Assembly: GCA_964252035.1 (NCBI GenBank)
Contig: OZ176200.1
DNA from: Podarcis erhardii
Taxonomy: Eukaryota
Length of the DNA: 64,000 nt
Strand: one strand, 5' to 3'
Translations under genes and position numbers: made by a program
The notes under the pieces: generated by a model
Seen by the model: only the letters and a program-made list of their open reading frames with translations
The model's database searches: none
What the model was told of the DNA's origin: nothing
Shown: positions 23,923-35,828 of the stretch, in pieces
How positions within the stretch are numbered: the first letter of the stretch is position 1
How the letters are laid out: every line of letters begins with the position of its first letter

Positions 23923-25176
23923 ATACAGAATCTTAGAGGCAGATTATTGTTTATTCACACACACACTACAGAAATAAGTAAATAAAATAAAATAAGTAAA
24001 TACCAAAAATAATTACATATATGATACATTTTACAATAAAGCAAAAAGGTTGTAAGGATTCATATTATGCTGGAATTTATTGTTCCAGAATGAAAAAGAG
24101 ACTACCCTTCTACAAATCTATGTGATAGTTAGTTATTTGTTACTCTGAAACATATCAATTTAATCATTGTTTACATCCCAGATTTTCTCAAACCAGTGAG
24201 AGACTAAATGAGCTGTGGTCCACCCCCCCCCCCCCCAGCAATACATATATTTGCGGCCGAATAGTTTGGTGCCACTTCTAAATCTTCCTCCAGAGCTATG
24301 TTTTTTCAAATATCCTAGTAAGAGGCATTTGAGATTATGTGATGTTGAATTTCCAATCAAATATTAAATTCCATAATTGCCTGCCCCCTTAAAACTGAAT
24401 TATTGGACAGTCTCCTTGGAAGCAGTTACATCTCTAGAATTTTTTGTGCTTTTGAATAAATATGATTAAATGTGTGTGGATCCCCACAGAGGCAGTATTA
24501 GTATAGGTATGTAAGAAAATGTATAAATACCTCTCTCACCATTTTGCATCAGGTGTGGGGTTCATTAAATGATATGGCCATCTAGGCACACACAGCCTCA
24601 GCTTCCACAGCTGCTGCCTGTCATGAACCACCACGGACAGGACTGGCAGAAACTGCAGCAGAACACATTCTATGCTTAAGATAATATTCTGTTCTCTTGT
24701 TAAATGTACTGGTTTAAGCGGTTTATATTTGACTTCCTTTTATTTTATTTTGAAATGCTTAAGGTGTTTTTTGTTAACTTTGCTGCATTAGACATTCATT
24801 CTGACCTCCTTTGTAATGTTTTATTTTGAAATCTTTAAGATAATGTCTTAGTTTCCTGTTAATTATGTTGCTTTCAATGTATATTTTATATGTGGCTTTC
24901 ATTGGTAATCTTTCATATTGGATTCTTCTGTCTGATATTTTAATGTGTTGTAAACCTCTTTGAGATTATTTGCTTGAAAATATAAAGCAATATAGAAAGG
25001 AAAGGAATTATAATTATGATGACGACAGTAGAATTGCATTGATTACTCTCTCTTCTTACAGTCTCACATGACACCCTCTACCTATAGGTATTACCATGGG
25101 GCAAGATGCTGCATGGGGGTTGCACATTACCTACTTCTGCTGCCTAGCATGTTGCTATCATCCCCATGGTCTAACT

Positions 25177-26139
25177 TTAATGAAGACTGCTAGCTGTCAA
25201 ACTCTTTTGGGGGGGAAACACTCTTCTTCGAAAGGCTCTCTTCAGTGCCTCTTTCAGTTCCTTGTTTCTCATGCTATAGATCAGGGGGTTCAGTAGGGGA
25301 GTGACAAAGGTGTAGAACACAGACACCACTCGACCCTCCTGTGGTGAGTAGCTAGAGTTGGGCCGTAAGTATATGAAACTGCAACAGCCGTACTGCAGGA
25401 GGACAACCATCAAGTGGGAGGAGCATGTGGAGAAAGCTTTTTGCTGGCCTTCAGCAGAACGGATTTGCAAAATGGCCACCGCAATGAAGATATATGAGAT
25501 ACAGATTAGAAGGAGAGGTATGGTGAGGACTACAACACTAACTATGAAGAGAACAGCTTGGTGAATGTGGGTGTCACTACAGGCCAACTGCAGAATGACT
25601 GGGACATCACAAAAGAAGTGATTGATTTCATTTTGGCCACAGAATGGCAAGCGGAAAATAAGGATTGTCAGCTGTAGAGATAACAGAAATCCCAGCAGCC
25701 AGGATGCCGCTACGAGGGAAGTACATACTGTTTTGTTCATGATGAGCATGTAGCGCAGCGGATGACAAATTGCCACGTATCTATCATATGCCATGATGGC
25801 CAGTAGGACACAGTCAGCTCCTCCCAGGAAGGCAAAGAAGAACATCTGGGTTCCACAGCCACTTAAGGAAATGGTGGCACTTTTCCTGGACAGAAGGTTG
25901 GCCAAAGCCAATGGAGCAATGGCAGAAGAGTAGCAGATCTCCAGAGCTGCCAGGTTGCCCAAGAAAAAATACATGGGGTTATGGAGAGAGTGGTCGACAT
26001 GGACAATAAGCACGACAGCAGCGTTCCCACAGAGGCTGAGGACGTAGAGGAGCAGAAAGAGAAGGAAAATGACCAGCTGTGTCTCAAGCAAGGTTGAGAA
26101 GGGACGGAAATAGAATTCAGTATGGTTTTCATATCCCAT
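25177..26139 (-). CDS. Olfactory receptor OR10V1-like, copy C2, intact, 320 aa
   Basis: Full OR motif set; paralogue of C1. Confidence 0.95.
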   Translation of the reverse strand: MGYENHTEFYFRPFSTLLETQLVIFLLFLLLYVLSLCGNAAVVLIVHVDHSLHNPMYFFLGNLAALEICYSSAIAPLALANLLSRKSATISLSGCGTQMFFFAFLGGADCVLLAIMAYDRYVAICHPLRYMLIMNKTVCTSLVAASWLLGFLLSLQLTILIFRLPFCGQNEINHFFCDVPVILQLACSDTHIHQAVLFIVSVVVLTIPLLLICISYIFIAVAILQIRSAEGQQKAFSTCSSHLMVVLLQYGCCSFIYLRPNSSYSPQEGRVVSVFYTFVTPLLNPLIYSMRNKELKEALKRAFRRRVFPPQKSLTASSLH

Positions 26140-27469
26140 GAAGATGGTAAAGAGGACCTGAAGGGAAAATAAAGATCTCAGTCAATGAGTTACCTTGGCT
26201 CAGCAGTGAGGATACCCTCATACTGCACAACCTGGCTTCCTAAAATAAAGTGTCTGCACCAACTCTTTTCTGTTCTTAGTAAAAGGCTATATAGAGCATT
26301 CAGATGGGGAGCATTCCTTCAGCAATCTATTTTATTTTTCCTCAGAGGACTGGACTTCCTGTACTGGTACAATTCATATATTAAATTTGCTTCTCTTTTT
26401 GGAGACATTATTCAAATATAAGTATGCTTGGTTAATGTTTTGCACATTATTGTCCAAAAGAATCATTTTCTCTTGTCAATGAAATGTCCAAATAGTATTT
26501 TACTTAAGTGTGCATATCATGGCTGATTTCAAAATACAAATTCAAGTTGGACCAAAACAGAGGATATGTGAAATAATGACTGGAAGACAGTGACATGAAC
26601 TACTTACACTTGTATGGTTCTTGGCATCAGCCAATCAATTTTTTGCCATTATAAGTTAGAAGGGGAACTGCAATTGACTTTACATGCTCTCTGGAGTGTT
26701 GTGCTTCATCTGTGTGTGCTTCTTGCTATGCTTCATCCACAGCACTGAAGGCAACATGCCATGTGACAAACTGGACTCTTTTTAATTGTTTCCACTTGTA
26801 AAATTTACACTTTCCATTGGAAGCTCTGCTCCATCAGTAGATGTGGGTGTTTCTACTCCAAGCTAAATTTATGGAGTTGAATTTAACCCTCTGTCTTTTT
26901 AACCTTCTCTGAGGAGTACAATACAATTGTTTATTCCACTATAACTATACAGACAAACATACAAAGTTAAACATTCAGGTTCATAGCATTCATGCTAAGA
27001 TAAAAATTTTAGGCAAAATGCCCAATTAATGGATAAAGGCAGATAGGCATTTTACATGTAGCCCAGTTGACCAAGTTCAATGGGAAATGTGTACTGGGTT
27101 GGAACCTTGGCTCAAGTAATTTTGAAGCACATTAGATGTGACAGCAAAGCACCAATGTACTCTTAAGAAAATATCTCTAGACTATACTGTTCATGGCATC
27201 TAGTGCTCATCTAAGCTGGAATGGGGAGTCTTCGGGCTCTGATAATGTGGCCGTTCCAATGGAGTATGCATCTGATTGTAGGGGAAGTAGATCACATTTT
27301 AAAAAATAAAATAAAGTGGCCAAACCTATTCAGAAAAGCACTGGAAGTGAAATCAACATGGATTCATTTGTCAAGTTTAGGATATATTAAGGATCTTATT
27401 CAATCAAAATATTGAAAGTCAATAAACAAGAACTGATGGCTGAAAGCACCTGCTCCATTTAATGTGTTT

Positions 27470-27525
27470 ATGATTGACTGACTGACTGACTGACTGATTG
27501 TTTGTTTGTTTGTTTGATTGATTGA
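27470..27525. repeat. Compound microsatellite (GACT)n(GTTT)n(GATT)n
   Basis: Read directly from the sequence. Confidence 0.9.
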
Positions 27526-29412
27526 ATCTTTATGTGCATCAGCCACCAGCCATAGCAATAAAACAAACAAAATGCGGTATACAGAGGATAAAGGTAAAAA
27601 GTCAATTATATAAAATACATTTTGGGGGTTTGGATTAATAGTCAAATACCGGATCTTATTCTAATTGCCCCAGCTAAAAACCTTGCAACCTTTGCTGTCA
27701 TCTGCTCATCTTGATCTGCCAAAAGAAACTACACTGTAACAGTAGTTGGACGACCCAGAATGTACAATAATAGAGGGGTGATAACCTCACTCCTCAAATC
27801 TTTATAAAGTGTGCAAGCCAGAAGGACATGGACCACCAATTCAGTACTGCCATCTGAATGAGTTGATGGTTAAATGATGGTTCACAAGGAAAAGAAATTT
27901 AGAAAACAAATTGCAGTTATCTGAAGAATGAACAAGTATCTGCTTTTCCATTTATTCAGAACAATCCCAACAGTATTTTGGCTATGATCTGAAAAAACCT
28001 GAAGCTTCTTCTCCCTTTCCTTTTTCACTGCACATAGTCTGGTTTTGTACATACCATACATTTCAACCACATTCCCCATGTCCCAGAAAAAAGAATCCTT
28101 GGAACTGTACATTTTACCCATCACAGGGGTAAAATTCCAAGCACCCTTAAACTGTAGTTCCTAGCATGGTGGGGGATATGCTACAAATGCCATTTACATG
28201 TATGATGTCTATGTAACCTATGCATTTTGATTCTAGAGTCTGGAATCTCATACACTAAGGATGAAAAAAAGGAGAATGCATGCTGAGTAGAAAACATGCT
28301 GAATAGAGAATGAAAGGCTTATGAAGTAGGCAAATGAACAGAATCCACATCCACAGAAATGACTTACTTGGATACTCCTGGTGCTGGACTGCCAAGGGAA
28401 ATCTGAAGGCATTTGCTGTTGCTCTTCAACTAGAAAGGGAAATGCGAGTGGTGGCGATGGACCACAAATAGTGGCAAAGTTCACAACTGCTCCTTTCACA
28501 ACGAATAGTGGCAAAGTTCACAAGCAGGGAAGGGCTAAGAGAGCAGCTCTTTGGCTCATCCATCGTGTTTCCTGGTTCTGAAGCTTTTCCTTTAGAAAGC
28601 ATGCAAAGACTCTTAAGGGAGGAGAGAAATTTTCTTTCCTGAAGTTCAGGCGTTAGGCTTTATATGAGAGAGTGAACTCTCTTGTGGCTGCTCTTACATA
28701 GGAACAGAAGGAAGTGTGAAGTACTTGATGATAAAAAAAGTAAGACTCTAACTATTGGTATACTCACATGACTTCTCTGAGTGGCGAGAAGTTCTGGGAG
28801 GTGCAGTGTTCACCTGGGTTTAGATGCATTTGGTAATAATTCACAGGAGAATTATGGCGCTTCAAGACATTTCAATTTATTTAATATATACATACATACA
28901 GAATCTTAGAGGCAGATTATTGTTTATTCACACACACACTACAGAAATAAGTAAATAAAATAAAATAAGTAAATACCAAAAATAATTACATATATGATAC
29001 ATTTTACAATAAAGCAAAAAGGTTGTAAGGATTCATATTATGCTGGAATTTATTGTTCCAGAATGAAAAAGAGACTACCCTTCTACAAATCTATGTGATA
29101 GTTTGTTATTTGTTACTCTGAAACATATCAATTTAATCATTGTTTACATCCCAGATTTTCTCAAACCAGTGAGAGACTAAATGAGCTGTGGTCCGCCCCC
29201 CGCCCACCCACCCCCCGCCCAGCAATACATATTTTTGCGGCCGAATAGTTTGGTGCCACTTCTAAATCTTCCTCCAGAGCTATGTTTTTTCAAATATCCT
29301 AGTAAGAGGCATTTGAGATTATGTGATGTTGAATTTCCAATCAAATATTAAATTCCATAATTGCCTGCCCCCTTAAAACTGAATTATTGGACAGTCTGCT
29401 TGGAAGCAGTTA

Positions 29413-30315
29413 CCGTATTTTTCGCCCTATAGGACGCACTTTTTCCCCTCCAAAAATGAAGGGGAAATGTGTGTGCGTCCTATGGGGCGAATGCAGGCTT
29501 TCACTGAAGCCTGGAGAGCGAGAGGGGTCGCTTTCCAGGCTTCAGGAAGCTATCCACAAGCCTTGCAAGCCTGGCGGGAGGTCCCGCGGGCTCGCAAGGC
29601 TTGCGGGCAGCAGCCTGCAGCCCAAAAGCTCAGGGGACAGCAGGGAGGCGGAGCACCGCCACCCCGCTATTCCCCGACCTGATCTGGAGGCTGGCGGGGG
29701 GGAGAAGCAAGCTTGCTTCTCTTCCCCCCCCCCCGCCAGCCCCACAAGCTCGGGGGATAGCAGGGAGGCGGAGCGCCGCCACCCCGCTATTCCCCGACCT
29801 GATCTGGAGGCTGGCGGGGGGGAGAAGCAAGCTTGCTTCTCTTCCCCCCCCCCGCCAGCCCCACAAGCTCGGGGGATAGCGGGGAGGCGGAGCACTGCAA
29901 CCCCGCTATTCCCCGACCTGATATGGAGGCTGGCGGGGGGGGGGAGAAGCAAGTTTGCTTCTCCCCCCCCCCCCGCCAGCCCCACAAGCTCGGGGGATAG
30001 CGGGGAGGCGGAGCGCTGCAACCCCGCTATTCCCCGGCCTGATATGGAGGCTGGCGGGGGGGAGAAGCAAGCTTGCTTCTCCCCCCCCCACCAGCCCTCA
30101 AGCTCGGGGGACAGCGGGGCAAGCCGCTGCCCCACGGAGGCTAGAGAGGCTGTCCCTGAAGGCAGAAGAGGGAGACGGAGCGCTCTGTCTCCCTCTTCTA
30201 GCTTGGGGATGGCTGCGCAAATCTGGGTGGGAAATAAAAAAAATGCCTTGATTTCCCCCCCAAAAAACTAGGTGCGTCCTATGGGCCGGTGCGTCCTATA
30301 GGGCGAAAAATACGG
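29413..30315. mobile_element. Young Tc2-like non-autonomous element with about four 120-bp GC-rich hairpin repeats
   Basis: Perfect TIRs ccgtatttttcgccctataggacgcac. TA TSD confirmed by the empty paralogous site gcagtTAcatctc at 24422-24434. The repeat anchor ccccgctattccccg recurs near 29662, 29782, 29902 and 30023. Confidence 0.95.
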
Positions 30316-30995
30316 TACATCTCTAGAATTTTTTGTGCTTTTGAATAAATATGATTAAATGTGTGTGGATCCCCACAGAGGCAGTATTAGTATAGGTATG
30401 TAAGAAAATGTATAAATACCTCTCTCACCATTTTGCATAAAGTGTGTGGTTCATTAAATGATATGGCCATCTTGACAGACACAGCCTCAGCTTCCACAGC
30501 CGCCGCCTGTCATGAACCACCACGGACAGGATTGGCAGAAACTGCAGCAGATACATTCTATGCTTAAGATAATATTCTATTCTCTTGTTAAATGTACTGG
30601 TTTAAGCGGTTTATATTTGACTTCCTTTAGTAACATTTTATTTTGAAATGCTTACGGCATTTTTTGTTAACTTTGCTGCATTAGACATTCATTCTGACCT
30701 CCTTTGTAATGTTTTATTTTGAAATCTTTAAGATAATGTCTTAGTTTCCTGTTAATTATGTTGCTTTCAATGTATATTTTATACGTGGCTTTCATTGGTA
30801 ATCTTTTATACTGGATTGGTTCTGTCTGATATTTTAATGTGTTGTAAACCGCTTTGAGATTATTTGCTTGAAAATATAAAGCAATATAGAAATGAAAGGA
30901 ATGATGATACTGATGACGACCGTAGAATTGCATGGAGTTCCTCTCCCTTGTTACAAACATGCGTTTCACCCCCTATCTATAGGTATTACCATGGG

Positions 30996-31132
30996 CAGTG
31001 TTTTTTTTTCTGGGAGGACACAGTGGTCCGCATACCAGTAAACATTTTTTGAATCTAAGTTTGGCCTCGTTGAAGGGCAGTATTTCAAAATGAGAGTACC
31101 CCTAAACATTTTTTTTAGAAAAAAAAGCACTG
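30996..31132. mobile_element. hAT-type MITE, 137 bp
   Basis: TIRs cagtgttttttttt / aaaaaaaagcactg. Perfect 8-bp TSD accatggg. Absent from units 1 and 2. Confidence 0.9.
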
Positions 31133-31163
31133 ACCATGGGGCCAGACGCTGCATGGGGGTTGC

Positions 31164-31476
31164 CATTGCTGGATTTATGTATAAGCTAAACAAGGTATAG
31201 CTTAGGGCACCACTCTTTTGGGGGCCCCCCAAAAAATTAACAAACAACTGGATGTACATTTCCAAAATATAAGTTAAAAACAAAGAAAATAAAACCTACA
31301 TACAGCAACAATGTTTTGTTTTGTGTTATGTTGTGTAGGTCCATAAATTACCATTTAGCATATATTCAGCACAAAAAACAGCAACAATTTGTTGTTGACA
31401 AAGGACAGCTGGACATACAAAAGGCCCCATTACCTTCAGTAGCTATGGGGCCTCATCAAACCTAAATCTGGCCCTG
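31164..31476. mobile_element. hAT-type MITE, 313 bp
   Basis: Ends cattgctggattta / taaatctggccctg. 8-bp TSD ggggttgc / ggggttgt. The empty site ggggttgcacattacc is seen in unit 2 near 25115. Confidence 0.85.
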
Positions 31477-31557
31477 GGGGTTGTACATTACCTACCTCTG
31501 CTGCCTAGCCTGTTGCTATCATCCCCATGGTCTAACTTTGAAGAAGACTGCTAGCTG

Positions 31558-32499
31558 TCAAACTCTTTTGGGGGAAAACACTCTTCTTCGAAAGGCTCTC
31601 TTCAGTGCCTCTTTCAGTTCCTTGTTTCTCATGCTATAGATCAGGGGGTTCAGTAGGGGAGTGACAAAGGTGTAGAACACAGACACCACTTGACCCTCCT
31701 GTGGTGAGTAGCTAGAGTTGGGCCGTAAGTATATGAAACTGCAACAGCCGTACTGTAAGAGGACAACCATCAAGTGGGAGGAGCATGTGGAGAAAGCTTT
31801 TTGCTGGCCTTCAGCAGAACAGATTTGCAAAATGGCCACCGCAATGAAGATGTATGAGATACAGATTAGAAGGAAGGGTATGGTGAGGACTACAACACTA
31901 ACTATGAAGAGAACAGCTTGGTGAATGTGGGTGTCACTACAAGCCAACTGCAGAATGACTGGGATATCACAAAAGAAGTGGTTGATTTCATTTTGGCCAC
32001 AGAATGGCAAGCGGAAAATAAGGATTGTCAGCTGTAGAGACAACAGAAATCCCAGCAGCCAGGATGCCGCTACGAGGGAAGTACATACTATTTTGTTCAT
32101 GATGAGCATGTAGCGCAGCGGATGACAAATTGCCACGTATCTATCATATGCCATGATGGCCAGTAGGACACAGTCAGCTCCTCCCAGGAAGACAAAGAAG
32201 AACATTTGGGTCCCACAGCCACTTAAGGAAATGGTGGCACTTTTCCTGGACAGAAGGTTGGCCAAAGCCAATGGAGCAATGGCAGAAGAGTAGCAGATCT
32301 CCAGAGCTGCCAGGTTGCCCAAGAAAAAATACATGGGGTTATGGAGAGAGTGGTCGACATGGACAATAAGCACGACAGCAGCGTTCCCACAGAGGCTGAG
32401 GACATAGAGGAGCAGAAAGAGAAGGAAAATGACCAGCTGTGTCTCAAGCAAGGTTGAGAAGGGACGGAAATAGAATTCAGTATGGTTTTCATATCCCAT
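31558..32499 (-). CDS. Olfactory receptor OR10V1-like, copy C3, intact, 313 aa
   Basis: Full OR motif set; paralogue of C1 and C2. Confidence 0.95.
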   Translation of the reverse strand: MGYENHTEFYFRPFSTLLETQLVIFLLFLLLYVLSLCGNAAVVLIVHVDHSLHNPMYFFLGNLAALEICYSSAIAPLALANLLSRKSATISLSGCGTQMFFFVFLGGADCVLLAIMAYDRYVAICHPLRYMLIMNKIVCTSLVAASWLLGFLLSLQLTILIFRLPFCGQNEINHFFCDIPVILQLACSDTHIHQAVLFIVSVVVLTIPFLLICISYIFIAVAILQICSAEGQQKAFSTCSSHLMVVLLQYGCCSFIYLRPNSSYSPQEGQVVSVFYTFVTPLLNPLIYSMRNKELKEALKRAFRRRVFSPKRV

Positions 32500-33828
32500 G
32501 AAGATGGTAAAGAGGACCTGAAGGGAAAATAAAGATCTCAGTCAATGAGTTACCTTGGCTCAGCAGTGAGGATACCCTCATACTGCACAACCTGGCTTCC
32601 TAAAATAAAGTGTCTGCACCAACTCTTTTCTGTTCTTAGTAAAAGGCTATATAGAGCATTCAGATGGGGAGCATTCCTTCAGCAATCTATTTTATTTTTC
32701 CTCAGAGGACTGGACTTCCTGTACTGGTACAATTCATATATTAAATTTGCTTCTCTTTTTGGAGACATTATTCAAATATAAGTATGCTTGGTTAATGTTT
32801 TGCACATTATTGTCCAAAAGAATCATTTGCTCTTGTCAATGAAATGTCCAAATGGTATTTTACTTAAGTGTGCATATCATGGCTGATTTCAAAATACAAA
32901 TTCAGCTTTTACCAAAACAGAAGATATGTGAAATAATGACCGGAAGACAGTGACATGAACTACTTACACTTGTATGGTTCTTGACATCAGCCAATCAATT
33001 TTTTGCCATTATAAGTTAGAAGGGGAACTGCAATTGACTTTACATGCTCTCTGGAGTGTTGTGCTTCATCTGTGTGTGCTTCTTGCTATGCTTCATCTAC
33101 AGCACTGAAGGCAACATGCCATGTGACAAACTGGACTCTTTTTAATTGTTTCCACTTGCGAAATTTGCACTTTCCATTGGAAGCTATGCTCCATCAGTAG
33201 ATGTGGGTGTTAGTACTCCAAGCTAAATTTAAGGAGTTGAATTTAACCCTGTATCTTTTTATTCTTCTCTGAGGAGTACAGTGCAATTATTTATCCCACT
33301 ATAACTATACAAACATACAAAGATAACTATTCAGGTTCGTAGCATTCATGCTAGGATGAAAAGTTTAGGCAAAATGCCCAGTTAGTTGATAAAGGCAGAT
33401 AAGCACTTTACATGTAGCCCAATTGACCAAGTTCAATGGGAAATATGTACTGGGTTGGAACCTTGGCTCAAGTAATTTTGAGGCACATTAGATGTGACAG
33501 CAAAGCACCAATGTACTCTAAGAAAATATCTTCAGACTATTCTGTTCATGGCATCTAGTGCTCATTTAAGCTGGAATGGGGAGTTTTCTGGCTCTGATAA
33601 TGTGGCCATTCCAATGGAGTATGCACCTGAATGTAGGGGAAGTAGATCACACTTTAAAAAATAAAATAAAGTAGCCAAACCTATTCAGAAAACCACTGGA
33701 TGTGAAATCCACATGGATTCATTTGTCAAGTTTAGGATATGTTAAGGATCTTATTCAATCAAAACATTGAAAGTCAATGAAAAGGAACAGATGGGTGAAA
33801 GCACCTGCTCCATTTAATATGTTTATGA

Positions 33829-33831
33829 CTG

Positions 33832-33862
<31 letters not shown>

Positions 33863-33872
33863 GATAGATAGA
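33829..33872. repeat. (GATA)n microsatellite
   Basis: Read directly from the sequence. Confidence 0.9.
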
Positions 33873-35595
33873 TTGAATCTTTATTTGAATCAGCCACCAG
33901 CCATAGTAATAAAAAAAACAAAATGTCGTATACAGAGGATACAGGTAAAAAGTCAATTATATAAAATACATTTTGAGGTTTGGATCAATAGTCAAATACC
34001 GGATCTTATTCTAATTGCCCCAGCTAAAAACCTTGCAACCTTTGCTGTCATCTACTCATCTTGATCTGCCAAAAAAAAGGATACTGTAACAGTGGTTGGA
34101 CAACCCAGAATGTACAATAATAGAGGGGTGATAACCTCACTCCTCAAATCTTTATAAAGTGTGCAAGCCAGAAGGACATGGACCACCAATTCAGTACTGC
34201 CATCTGAATGAGTTGATGGTTAAATGATGGTTCACAAGGAAAAGAAATTTAGAAAACAAATTGCAGTTAGCTGAAGAATGAACAGGTATCCGCTTTTCCA
34301 TTTATTCAGAACAACCTCAACAGTATTTTGGCTATGATCAGGAAAAATCTGAAGCTTCTTCTCCCTTTCCTTTTTCACTGCACAGTCTGGTTTTGTACAC
34401 ACCATACATTTCAACCACATTCCCCATGTCCCAGAAAAAAGAATCCTTGGGACTGTACATTTTTCCCATCACAGGGGTACAATTCCAAGCACCCTTAAAC
34501 TGCAGTTCCTAGCATGGTGGGGGATATGCTACAAATACCCTTTACATGTATGATGTCTATGCAACCTATGCATTTTGATTCTAGAGTCTGGAATCTCATA
34601 CACTAAGGATGGAAAAAAGGAGAATGCATGCTGAGTAGAAAACATGTTGAATAGAGAATGAAAGGCTTATGAAGTAGGCAAATGAACAGAATCCACATCC
34701 ACAGAAATGACTTACTTGGATACTCCTGGTGCTGGACTGCCAAGGGAAATCTGAAGGCATTTGCTGTTGCTCTTCAACTAGAAAGGGAAATGCGAGTGGT
34801 GGCGATGGACCACAAATAGTGGCAAAGTTCACAACTGCTCCTTTCACAACGAATAGTGGCAAAGTTCACAAGCAGGGAAGGAAGGGCTAAGAGAGCAGCA
34901 CTTTGGCTCATCCATCTTGTTTCCTGGTTCTGAAGCTCTTCTTTTTGAAAGCATGCCAAGACTCTTAAGGGAGCGAGAGTGAGGAGGGAAACTTTCTTTC
35001 CTGAAGTGCAGGCATTAGGCTTTATATGAGAGTCTGAACTCTCTTGTGGCTGCTCTTACAAGGGAACAGAAGGAAGTGCGAAGTACGTGGAGATTAAAAA
35101 GTAAGACTCTAACTATTGGTATACTCACATGACTTCTCTGAGTGGCGAGAAGTTCTGGGAGGTGCAGTGGTGACCTGGGTTTAGATACCTTTGGGGGAAA
35201 GCCATAGGAGGCTTATAGCATTTCATAATATTTACAAATATACAGGTTGAGGATAGGTATCTTGCCAGGCCACTTAAATATTACAAGAGTTGACTGCTCC
35301 CACATGAGATCTCTGTAGAGGCAACCAGTGCTCCAATAATCCTCTTAATTGGAGCCCAAACTCAGCTCCATCTGTCTCCTTGCCCATATTTGTCTCAATC
35401 CCATTTGAAATCTGTGGTCTCTAATTTTTTTCATGAATACAAAACTTGGTTCTGTCATCAGCTGCGAGTATGAGAAGATTAAGGCATGTCCCCCTTCAGA
35501 TATATCCTACCCACAGAGCCAGTAATCAAAGGAGTTTGGCAACTTTGCCACATACTAATACAATTTTTTATTTTTTTGTTATTCTCTCCCCTATA

Positions 35596-35828
35596 GAGCC
35601 AGTGTGGTGTAGTGGTTAAGAGCGGTAGACTCGTAATCTGGTGAACTGGGTTTGTGTCCCCACTCCTCCACATGCAGCTGCTGGGTGGCCTTAGGCTAGT
35701 CACACTTCTCTGAAGTCTCTCAGCCTCACTCACCTCACAGAGTGTTTGTTGTGGGGGAGGAAGGGAAAATCAGATTGTTAGTAAAGCGGGATATCAAATC
35801 CAAACTCCTCTCCTCTCCTCCTCCTCTA
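35596..35828 (+). mobile_element. tRNA-derived squamate SINE (Squam3-like)
   Basis: tRNA-like head with an A box (tggtgtagtgg) and a decayed B box (gggtttgtgtcc). Body ends aagcgggatatcaaatccaaa followed by a (ctc/ctcct)n tail. Confidence 0.7.

Larger units (their letters stand above)
18366..35185 (-). repeat. Tandem triplication of an OR gene unit plus an overhang
   Basis: The anchor aaatgcgagtgg occurs at 18366, 22939, 28440 and 34788 (periods 4573, 5501, 6348). The length differences are explained by unit-specific insertions and a block of about 430 bp missing from unit 1. Confidence 0.95.

Noticed and set aside
23453-23977. 174-aa plus-strand ORF
   Set aside because: Antisense shadow of the BovB fragment.
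29387-30271. 294-aa and 197-aa ORFs
   Set aside because: Same artefact, from the 120-bp GC-rich repeat.
35596-35670. tRNA gene (also 54360-54430)
   Set aside because: tRNA-like heads continue into SINE bodies and tails, with no intact cloverleaf or T-run terminator.
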